Shown piece after piece: positions 1 through 7,164 of a DNA stretch of 10,617 bases; the first letter of the stretch is position 1, and every line of letters begins with the position of its first letter. Under the pieces are notes generated by a model. The model did no database searches and was not told the DNA's origin. It was given only the letters and a program-made list of their open reading frames with translations. The stretch comes from Candidatus Velthaea sp. (lineage in GTDB: Bacteria > Vulcanimicrobiota > Vulcanimicrobiia > Vulcanimicrobiales > Vulcanimicrobiaceae): assembly GCA_050012475.1 (NCBI GenBank), contig JBEKHC010000130.1, positions 1-10,617 on the forward strand. The letters are read 5' to 3'. The position numbers were made by a program, and so were the translations under genes.

Positions 1-74
1 GATTCTCTCTGCAGTTTGCGTTACGCCGGCGGCTCGTCGAGGTTTTCCCGACATCGTTCGTTCCCGTGTTGTTT

Positions 75-116
75 TAATCCATTAGGTTGCTTGCGAGTTC
101 GCAAGCATTTCAATTG
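75..116. promoter_or_regulatory. Palindromic operator-like sites upstream of the operon
   Basis: Perfect inverted repeat TGCTTGCGA-gt-TCGCAAGCA (88-96/99-107), flanked by TAAT-cc-ATTA (75-84) and CAATTG (111-116), in an AT-richer stretch just upstream of the probable start codon. The function is inferred. Confidence 0.4.
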
Positions 117-143
117 CAACTGAGCTTGTACCGGGTGAAGTAC

Positions 144-1934
144 GTGCGTAGACGCCTCGGACGACGTGTATTTTCCTATGCCGCGAACGTGCTGCTGGTC
201 CTCCCGCTTGGCGGATGCGCAGCGCTTCAAGAGCCAGGCCCTTCTCTCGCCCTCGAGTCGCTGCGCGAGCCCGGGCAGCGTATTGCCGATGCGGCAACGC
301 TGGCCGGCGCAGCCCTTGCGAAGCGCCTATCGTTCGCCGTTGCAAGAACCGTATCGCGCCGGCCCGCAGCGGTCGATCTGCCGAACGTTTATGATCGTGC
401 ATTGCCCGCTGCCGCTGCAGGCCTCGTGCCTTCTCCGACGGGGTTCAGCGCGCGCCTCACTGGGGGCAATCATCAACTCGCGCTTTCGGCCCCGGCGATC
501 GCGGCGGCGTATCGCTATCATGCAAACGCTGCGCAATGGGCCGGTGACGACCGCACAGCCGTCAACGTGCTCAAAAAGCTCCTCGCACTCGACGCCGCGA
601 ATTCGGCGGGTTGGCTGCGGCTGGCGCGGCTGCAGGCGCAGCTGCGCGATGAGACCGCGGAACTCGCGTCGTTGGGTCTTGCCTTGCAATACAACCCGGC
701 GAATGATGCTGCGCGCGCCGAGCGCGGCGAACTCTTGCTGCGCCTTGGCCGGCATTCCGCAGCCCTCGCCGACTTCGCCACGTACCTCTCGCGTCACGCC
801 GGCGCGATCGACGTGTTGCGCATGCGGGTCGAAGCCGCACGCGACGCGCAAGATCATCAAGCCACCCTTGCCGCCATCGACGCATACCTCGCCGTTGCGC
901 ATGAGGATGTGGCGATGCTGCGCTTGCGCGGAGACGAACTCGAAGCCGAGGGCGATGAGAACGGAGCGATCGACGCTTGGAAGGCGTACGCCGAACGCCG
1001 CCCGGCCGACGACGCCGACGTCCTCAAACAGATCGCGTACGCAAGCGAACGCCGGCAAGACTTGTCGACCGCGGTCTGGGCACTGACACAATACACGCGC
1101 GAGCGGCCGTCCGACGACCGCATGAAACTGGCGCTGGCGTACGACCAGGCTCGGTCGGGTCATTCCGATCTTGCCGTCGCCGCCTTCACCTTGCTCCAGA
1201 AGTCACCCGACGAAACCGTCGCCAATCAGGCTGCGGCCGAATTGCGGGCAAGACTGGGCGGAGCCTTGCACAGCTCGCGCGTCGCCTATGCCACGGTGCA
1301 ATACGATTCACGGTTTGCGAACACCGTGTTCGGCGTCGACGCTTATGCGCTGGCGCCCGCTCGGCGGCTCCAACCGTACGCAGTCATTCACTCGTGGGAC
1401 GACACGCGCTCGTCTGACCGGGCTCAAGAACCATTGATATACAATGACGATGGCGAGGTCTTCGGCGGCGGCGTTCGATACAATATTGGAACGCGGGCGG
1501 GGAGTTACTTTTTCGCCGAAGGCGGCGAGCAGATCAGCTTGATCGGACGGGGTACCAGTCCGGAGTTCCGCTACGGGTTCGCGTCGTGGTCGGAGCGCGG
1601 TAGCGCCGCCGGCGGCCACACGTCATACGGCTTCAGCGTCGCATCGTATTCGCGCTATGGCGCCAACGTGATCGGCTATAGCAACATCCTGCACGATTTC
1701 CCGCTCACCTCGGGCTTTCGCGGCGTCGTCGGAACCAATTTCGCGCTGGATAGCCATCGAGAGTATTGGAACAACGTCGCCGAAGTCGAAGTGGGCGTCA
1801 AGGTCGGCTCCCCGCGGTTCTCGGTTACCTTGGCTGGTGTCGACGGCGTGTATCTCCCGCGCGGGGCCGCCGTTCCGTTCCACCGGTCGTATACCACCTT
1901 CCGTCCATCGATTACCTGGAGCCCGCACCTGTAG
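144..1934 (+). CDS. TPR-repeat protein with C-terminal beta-barrel; NfrA-like polysaccharide export porin, probably a lipoprotein
   Basis: Long ORF (the track gives TTG 87; GTG 135 or 144 is more plausible). From GTG 144 it reads MRRRLGRRVFSYAANVLLVLPLGG|C (Cys codon 216-218). The middle has TPR-like helices (LALDAANSAGWLRLARL, LQYNPANDAARAERGELL, RPSDDRMKLALAY). The region from about 1275 has alternating aromatic/Gly beta strands (VFGGGVRY, YFFAEGG, YWNNVAEVEVGVKV). The stop abuts the nfrB-like ATG (TAG-ATG). Confidence 0.8.
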   Translation: MRRRLGRRVFSYAANVLLVLPLGGCAALQEPGPSLALESLREPGQRIADAATLAGAALAKRLSFAVARTVSRRPAAVDLPNVYDRALPAAAAGLVPSPTGFSARLTGGNHQLALSAPAIAAAYRYHANAAQWAGDDRTAVNVLKKLLALDAANSAGWLRLARLQAQLRDETAELASLGLALQYNPANDAARAERGELLLRLGRHSAALADFATYLSRHAGAIDVLRMRVEAARDAQDHQATLAAIDAYLAVAHEDVAMLRLRGDELEAEGDENGAIDAWKAYAERRPADDADVLKQIAYASERRQDLSTAVWALTQYTRERPSDDRMKLALAYDQARSGHSDLAVAAFTLLQKSPDETVANQAAAELRARLGGALHSSRVAYATVQYDSRFANTVFGVDAYALAPARRLQPYAVIHSWDDTRSSDRAQEPLIYNDDGEVFGGGVRYNIGTRAGSYFFAEGGEQISLIGRGTSPEFRYGFASWSERGSAAGGHTSYGFSVASYSRYGANVIGYSNILHDFPLTSGFRGVVGTNFALDSHREYWNNVAEVEVGVKVGSPRFSVTLAGVDGVYLPRGAAVPFHRSYTTFRPSITWSPHL

Positions 1935-3356
1935 ATGGCGATTTACTCCGGGCAGTTCGCCGTCATCATCGATACGGCGATCTTCATCCTTGCCATCGGC
2001 TACTTACTCCTGAGCGTCGACGATGTTCTCCTCGATCTCGCCTTTTACGTTCGCGGAATGATCAGGTGGTTCACCAAGCGCGACAGCATCTATTTCGATC
2101 GGACGAAGCTCGCCTCGAAACCGGAAGCGCGTATCGCGATTTTCATTCCGTGCTGGCACGAGGCCGATGTCGTCGAGCAGATGGTCAGCTTGGCGTTGCG
2201 CCGAATCGAGTACGACCGGTTTGACATCTTCGTCGGCGTGTACCCCAACGACCCCGAAACGCAGGCAAAAGTGGACATCGTTTGCGCGCGGGCAAAAAAC
2301 GTCCACAAAGTGGTCAACCCGCGGCCGGGCGGAACGACGAAAGCCCAAAACCTCAACGCCGTCTATGACTACATGTGCGCGATGGAGGGTGATGACCCGT
2401 TCCAGATCATCGTCTTGCACGACGTCGAAGACGTCATCCACCCGATGTCGCTGCGGCTGTACAACTGGTACATGCCGGAAAAAGACATGCTTCAGATCCC
2501 GATCTTCCCGTTGCCGCGCAAGCCGCGTTTCGTCACGGCCTGGACGTATGCCGACGAGTTCACGGAGAATCATCTCAAGGATCTGGTCATCCGCGAGGCG
2601 ATCGGCGCGTTCGTTCCGTGCGCGGGCGTTGGCTGCGGTTTCGGCCGGAATTGCCTCGACCTTTTGCGCGCCGTGCACCGCGGTGACGTGTTCGGCGACG
2701 GTGCGCTCACCGAGGACTATCAGCTCAGTCTCGAAATCAAAGTCAGCGGCTTCAACGTCGGCTTTGCCAAAGACGTTCTCGTCGACGGCATGCAGGGCAG
2801 CCACCCGGCGCCGTGGTCGCGCAAAGAGTACATTGCGACCCGGGCGTACTTTCCGGACACGTTCAAGACGGCGGTGCGTCAGAAGACGCGCTGGATCACG
2901 GGCATCTGCCTCCAAACGTGGCAGATGCGCGGCTGGTGCGGCAGCCTCCCCGTGCGGTATGCGCTGTATCGCGATCGCAAGGGGATGTTCGGTCACGTCG
3001 CATGTTTCGCGGGCTACCCGGTCATGATCGCGGCCTTCAGTCTGAGTATGTGGCACGCGGCCGACCCGCACGTGGTCGTCGCGGTCTTCCGGCATACCGC
3101 GATGATTTACGATCTGCTCTACTCTGTACTCGCCGTTTCGGCATGGCGGCTAAGTCAACGCGCGATTCAAGTCGCGCGCCTTTACGGTCCGGTCGCCGGC
3201 ATCCTCTCCATCGTGCGCTTCCCGTGGGGGAACTTGGTCAACGGTATCGCCACCTTTCGCGCGGTCTACCGCTACTTCTACTCCCGCGTGAAGCGCGAAG
3301 CGCTGACGTGGTCGAAAACGGCGCACGTCTTTCCAACGGAAACCAACGGTTCATGA
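1935..3356 (+). CDS. nfrB: NfrB-family processive glycosyltransferase (GT2), short form
   Basis: NfrB hallmark motifs in order: PCWHE, GVYPNDPET, RPGGTTKAQNLN, HDVEDVIHP, QIPIFP, DEFTENHLKD, VPCAGVG, LTEDY (2706-2720), QKTRW (QxxRW, 2880-2894), RDRKG and terminal WSKTAHVFP. N- and C-terminal transmembrane segments are present. Confidence 0.92.
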   Translation: MAIYSGQFAVIIDTAIFILAIGYLLLSVDDVLLDLAFYVRGMIRWFTKRDSIYFDRTKLASKPEARIAIFIPCWHEADVVEQMVSLALRRIEYDRFDIFVGVYPNDPETQAKVDIVCARAKNVHKVVNPRPGGTTKAQNLNAVYDYMCAMEGDDPFQIIVLHDVEDVIHPMSLRLYNWYMPEKDMLQIPIFPLPRKPRFVTAWTYADEFTENHLKDLVIREAIGAFVPCAGVGCGFGRNCLDLLRAVHRGDVFGDGALTEDYQLSLEIKVSGFNVGFAKDVLVDGMQGSHPAPWSRKEYIATRAYFPDTFKTAVRQKTRWITGICLQTWQMRGWCGSLPVRYALYRDRKGMFGHVACFAGYPVMIAAFSLSMWHAADPHVVVAVFRHTAMIYDLLYSVLAVSAWRLSQRAIQVARLYGPVAGILSIVRFPWGNLVNGIATFRAVYRYFYSRVKREALTWSKTAHVFPTETNGS

Positions 3357-3418
3357 CGTCGATCGCGTTCGTCCGGTGTTACGCACGCACCGTCTTCGGT
3401 TTGCTGCGAAAACCCGAA

Positions 3419-3541
3419 CGCTGCGTTCTGCGGAGATGACCGCAGCGACCTTCGATTGATCAACGATTCCGCTGCAGCGCCGGTTTGTCGGCGCTGCCAA
3501 CTGCAAGTTCTCCCGCGCCGGAGTGCTTTTTTCGACGCGGG
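3419..3541 (+). promoter_or_regulatory. Structured intergenic leader (hairpins, terminator-like element)
   Basis: Hairpin CTGCGG/CCGCAG (3428-3445); 9-bp stem GCAGCGCCG/CGGCGCTGC (3474-3497); short stem CTCC/GGAG (3510-3523) followed by T6 (3527-3532). Confidence 0.4.
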
Positions 3542-3562
3542 CTTCTAAACGAGGATTCGACT

Positions 3563-5467
3563 GTGGAACGTCATCTCCGAATACGGCTTATTGCCGCCAT
3601 TCCGCTACTCGCACTTGCGGCCTGCAGCGGTGGCGGTTCATCCACCAACTCGCTGCCGACAACGGGGTCCGCGGGGATCGCTGCGGGTAGCGAAACATCC
3701 ATTGCCGCACTGGCTGCGAAGAAAAACAAGACCCATCGCCCGGAAGAGACACATGGCGACGGCATCAAAGATAATCTGCTCAACGGGTATGCTGCTTACC
3801 AGGCGGGCGGAGAAAAGAGCCGCAAACAGCATCGAGCGACCGCCGCCGAAGAAGAGCTGACCGCGAGCGTCGCGCGAACCGCGGCCTCGGATGTTCGCCG
3901 GACGCTCGCAACCGGTGCGAGCGGAGCCCTCGTGTTATACGATAATACCGGGCCGTACGCGTTTCTCGGCGAGCTGTACGCCCAGGGAATCGCCAACCTT
4001 GCCGGTCACTTCGGCACGTTCAAAGCCGAACCGATCGCCTCGTATACCAGCGGGCAAGTCAATCAATATGCCGCAACGTTCTACGCCGGATCGACGTACT
4101 CGTCGAGCACGACGGACTTTCCGGCCGCCTTCTACACCGACATCGCCGCGACGACGAAGCCCGTGGTGTGGTTGGGCGACAATATTTGGAACTACGCGAA
4201 CGCGATCGGACCGGCGGCGTTCGAGGCCAAGTACGGCTGGGATGCGACGAACTCGTATTTCACGACCGGCGCTACGAGCGTGACGTACAAGAGCCAATCC
4301 CTCACGCGCACGTTTCCGGCCGGTACCGATGCGGGCGTGATTGCCGCCGACATTTGCACGAGCGCCTGTGCCTCGCAGGGACCGGCGGTCACGACTTTGG
4401 CGACGGCGGTGACCAGCACGTCGAGTTTCCCGTGGGCCGTCCGCTCGGGCAATCTCACCTACATCGGCGAAGTCCCGTTTGCTTACGTCAGCGAATCCGA
4501 CCGCATCGTCGCGTTGCACGACCTGATGTTCGATGCGCTGGCCCCGACGACAGCGACTCGTCATCGTGCCATCGTGCGGCTCGAAGATCTCGATGCGGGC
4601 GATAGTCCGACCGATTTGCTCAACGCCGCAGCCTATCTGAAGAGTCAAGGCGTTCCCTTCCAAATGGCCGTCATTCCCCAGTACGTCGATCCGCAAGGCG
4701 TCGACTCGGGGACCGGCAAGCCCACCTACTATTCGCTCGCGCAGGCGCCCACCGCGTTCATTTCTGCGGTCAAGACGGCGCTGACGGAAGGCGGTACGCT
4801 CGTCGACCACGGGTACACGCACGAGTATAGCGTCGGCGATGGTCCCAACGGTGCCGGCGGCGCGTACGTTCCGGGCACCGCGGTAAACAATCCATATGAC
4901 GGCATCAGCGCCGACGACGCCGAGTTCTTCCTGGCCAGCATCAACGCATCGAACTCCGTCGTCTGGAACGGCCCGATCCCCGTGGACTCCCAGGCCTGGG
5001 CGCAGCTGCGCGTGAACGCGGCACTGGCCGAGTTCGCGGCAGTGGGACTCCCGGCGCCGACCATGTGGGACACGCCGCACTACTTCGCGACCGATCGCGA
5101 CTACCGCGCGATTGCAACGCGCATCGCCGCCCGTTACGAACGTTCGCTCTACTTTACGGGCACACTGTCCGGAGCGGCGATCAACTACGGCCAGCTGATC
5201 GGACAGTTCTTCCCGTACAAGGTCACGGATGTGTACGGAACGACGGTCATCCCGGAAGATCTCGGCGACTATGAACCAGTTGCCGAAAATAACAACCCGC
5301 CTCGGCTGCCGGCGCAAATCATCGCCAACGCCCAAGCCAACCTCGTCGTGCGTGACGGCGTGGCCAGCTTCTTCTATCATCCCTACTACGGAACGACCCC
5401 GCTGTCCCAGATCATCACGGGGATCAAGGCGCTGGGTTACACTTTCGTAAGCGCGAGTTCACTGTAA
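3563..5467 (+). CDS. DUF2334-type (NodB/CE4-like barrel) polysaccharide deacetylase lipoprotein, paralog 1
   Basis: GTG 3563 with SD GAGGA at 3551-3555 gives a signal peptide with lipobox LALAA|CSGGG. Deacetylase motifs RLED (4577-4588), HGYTH (4808-4822), TPHY and RDGVASFFYHP (His 5378-5380) follow an N-terminal alpha/beta domain (ALVLYD...GELYA...WLGDNIW). Confidence 0.85.
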   Translation: MERHLRIRLIAAIPLLALAACSGGGSSTNSLPTTGSAGIAAGSETSIAALAAKKNKTHRPEETHGDGIKDNLLNGYAAYQAGGEKSRKQHRATAAEEELTASVARTAASDVRRTLATGASGALVLYDNTGPYAFLGELYAQGIANLAGHFGTFKAEPIASYTSGQVNQYAATFYAGSTYSSSTTDFPAAFYTDIAATTKPVVWLGDNIWNYANAIGPAAFEAKYGWDATNSYFTTGATSVTYKSQSLTRTFPAGTDAGVIAADICTSACASQGPAVTTLATAVTSTSSFPWAVRSGNLTYIGEVPFAYVSESDRIVALHDLMFDALAPTTATRHRAIVRLEDLDAGDSPTDLLNAAAYLKSQGVPFQMAVIPQYVDPQGVDSGTGKPTYYSLAQAPTAFISAVKTALTEGGTLVDHGYTHEYSVGDGPNGAGGAYVPGTAVNNPYDGISADDAEFFLASINASNSVVWNGPIPVDSQAWAQLRVNAALAEFAAVGLPAPTMWDTPHYFATDRDYRAIATRIAARYERSLYFTGTLSGAAINYGQLIGQFFPYKVTDVYGTTVIPEDLGDYEPVAENNNPPRLPAQIIANAQANLVVRDGVASFFYHPYYGTTPLSQIITGIKALGYTFVSASSL

Positions 5468-5482
5468 CGGATCGCGCCTGCA

Positions 5483-5542
5483 GAGCAGACCGCGGAAGAA
5501 TCGGGCCAGCTAAGCTGGTCCCGAGGACGCCGCGGTCTGCTC
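5483..5542. terminator. Long GC-rich hairpin between convergent genes (terminator or RNA-stabilising element)
   Basis: Perfect 13-bp outer stem GAGCAGACCGCGG (5483-5495)/CCGCGGTCTGCTC (5530-5542), a 5x5 internal loop, and an inner stem TCGGG-CCAGC-taa-GCTGG-t-CCCGA (5501-5524). No U-tract directly follows it. Confidence 0.6.
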
Positions 5543-5544
5543 GA

Positions 5545-5588
5545 AACGAAGCCGTACGCGGTTTTGAACGAAGTCGTATGCGGTTTTG
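5545..5588 (+). repeat. Tandem 22-bp direct repeat (2 copies)
   Basis: AACGAAGCCGTACGCGGTTTTG (5545-5566) and AACGAAGTCGTATGCGGTTTTG (5567-5588), with two C-to-T differences. Confidence 0.85.
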
Positions 5589-5606
5589 CCGGGAGGCGAG
5601 TCTGAG

Positions 5607-6530
5607 TCAGTCGGGATCGCCGATGACCATGATGTCGACGACCGATCGATCGTTGCCGTTTGCGGAGGTAACGACACAGGCGGACCTCGACGGCTCGACG
5701 CGCAGCGGGACGTGTCCGCTGCCCTCACTGTTCGCGACGCAGACCGGCGTTGCGGTGTAGCGATGAGGAAACGTGAAAACCGCTCGTCCCCCGCTGAGCG
5801 TTGCGCGGGTGGCAAATTGATCCGGCCGTGTTTGGGCGAGTCGAGCGGCACGCGCGGTGCCGGCGACCGACATATTCCCGTCGCGATCGACGTCGAGCAA
5901 GTCGCTGAAATCGCTCGCGCGCACGCGCGCCGATCCCGGATTTGCGCGCAGCCGCCTGACCTCGAACTCGTCGCTGGTAATGTCGATACCGGCGATCCAG
6001 CTGGCCCGGCCGGTGACGTCGAAGCCGCTAAAATCGCCGAACACGTTCGACTCGAGTCCGATGAAGCGATGCTGGCCGTCGGTTGTGTTGACGACCCGGC
6101 CGAACGGCGCGGCGTTGTTCCCGTCGATTTCGATCGTATTGCCGCCCACGACGACCGATTTCCATTGGGTAACCGTAAGTCCAAGATTCCAACCGCACGA
6201 TGCCGTTATTCTCTCGAACGCACGCGGGCAATCGGCGCGGCGCGTCCAAAAGCCGACGGCGCCAGTTTTCCCTTCGTTGGGCATGTAGCCGCTGTCGTTC
6301 ATCCAAAGTGCAAACGATGCGTGTGATGGATCGGCGGCGAACCATGACGTGCCGTCAAATGACGCGTTCGTCGTCAGCCACGTGTCGCCGCCAATGCGGG
6401 AGATCGCTGTACGATCGGGCGCAGGCTGCGCCGCAGCGGTGCTTTGAGCGACGATGCTCTCAGAGGGCACAGCGACAAAACACGCCGCCAGTATCAGCGC
6501 TGCTTGGACCGACCCAATCGTACTGCGCAG
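5607..6530 (-). CDS. Hypothetical exported beta-rich protein with phage tail-fibre-like features
   Basis: The track ORF 5607-6470 reads as a real protein (aromatic, Gly/Asp/Asn-rich beta pattern), unlike the overlapping frames. The frame stays open upstream to TGA at 6582-6584. CTG at 6530, preceded by GGGAAAGGA, adds a signal peptide MRSTIGSVQAALILAACFVAVPSESIVA. The start codon and product call are uncertain. Confidence 0.65.
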   Translation of the reverse strand: MRSTIGSVQAALILAACFVAVPSESIVAQSTAAAQPAPDRTAISRIGGDTWLTTNASFDGTSWFAADPSHASFALWMNDSGYMPNEGKTGAVGFWTRRADCPRAFERITASCGWNLGLTVTQWKSVVVGGNTIEIDGNNAAPFGRVVNTTDGQHRFIGLESNVFGDFSGFDVTGRASWIAGIDITSDEFEVRRLRANPGSARVRASDFSDLLDVDRDGNMSVAGTARAARLAQTRPDQFATRATLSGGRAVFTFPHRYTATPVCVANSEGSGHVPLRVEPSRSACVVTSANGNDRSVVDIMVIGDPD

Positions 6531-6561
6531 AGCCGCTTTCCTTTCCCAGAAATAGGAAGGT

Positions 6562-7164
6562 ATGACGAGTGTTGATTTTCCTCATCCGCAATGGTTCGAC
6601 CTCGAATGTTTCGACGGTTTCGGCCGCATCGCCGTTCTCCAGTGCGACGGGAAGGACTGTCTGACGCTCAAGCCGATGACGTCGACTTCTGCGGGCGAAA
6701 CGCATGCGGCCCTCACGACGTCGGCGATCGGATACGAGGATTTCGAGGCCACGTTTACCGACGTCGTCACGATTGAGCAACTGCGCGAGCGCGATGCTCC
6801 CAACGCTTGGGAACGTGCGTGGCTGCTTTGGCGGTTTGTCGATCGGCGGCACTTTTACTATCTGATTCTCAAAGACACGGGTTGGGAACTCGGAAAAGTC
6901 GACCCCGCTTATCGCGGCGGTCAACGATTCCTGGCCACCGCAGACGAGCCGCGGTTTCCGGTGGGCCTGCCGAACAACGTTCGCATTCGGCAGCTCGGAA
7001 ACGCCATGACGATTTTTGTCGATGACGAGCACCTCATCTCGTTTGCCGACACCGCTGATGCTGCCGTCGACGGCTCGGCCGCGTTCTATCCGGCCGGCCG
7101 GTTTGGATTCTACTGTGAGGACGCGTTCGTCCGGTTCGGCGGCTTCTCGGTCAGGTCCGTATGA
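6562..7164 (+). CDS. Concanavalin A-like/DUF1080-like beta-sandwich protein (putative carbohydrate-binding or -active)
   Basis: ATG with AGGAAGG upstream (6554-6560). Motifs ETHAAL, QLRE..PNAWERAWLLW, FYYLILK..GWELGK, QRFLAT, VRIRQ.GNAMTIFVD and GRFGFYCEDA are typical of a ConA-like sandwich. ATGA overlap with the next gene (7161-7164). No signal peptide. Confidence 0.75.
   Translation: MTSVDFPHPQWFDLECFDGFGRIAVLQCDGKDCLTLKPMTSTSAGETHAALTTSAIGYEDFEATFTDVVTIEQLRERDAPNAWERAWLLWRFVDRRHFYYLILKDTGWELGKVDPAYRGGQRFLATADEPRFPVGLPNNVRIRQLGNAMTIFVDDEHLISFADTADAAVDGSAAFYPAGRFGFYCEDAFVRFGGFSVRSV

Noticed and set aside
87..143. TTG 87 as start of the TPR gene
   Set aside because: It lies within the dyad element and would put the signal peptide Cys at residue 44; GTG 135/144 gives a normal signal length.
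21..402. Minus-strand ORFs 21-230 and 82-402
   Set aside because: They overlap the 5' end and regulatory region of the TPR gene and show no protein-like features.
3485..3562. TTG 3485 as start of DUF2334 paralog 1
   Set aside because: It sits in a hairpin loop with no SD; GTG 3563 has GAGGA and directly precedes the signal peptide.
3357..3562. c-di-GMP-I riboswitch compensating for the missing NfrB sensor domain
   Set aside because: I could not find the GGCAAAC...GAAA...GACGCAAAGC pattern here or in 10071-10522; an Rfam scan would be needed to exclude divergent forms.
5510..6345. Alternative ORFs 5586-6326 (+), 5510-6184 (-), 5857-6288 (+), 6028-6345 (-)
   Set aside because: Arg/Ser/Pro-rich or antisense-type composition typical of shadow frames in high-GC DNA; the frame ending at 5607 on the minus strand is the protein-like one.
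5468..6561. Prophage or mobile-element remnant around the fibre-like gene
   Set aside because: No integrase, transposase, other phage genes or matching flanking repeats on both sides, and base composition looks like that of the neighbours.
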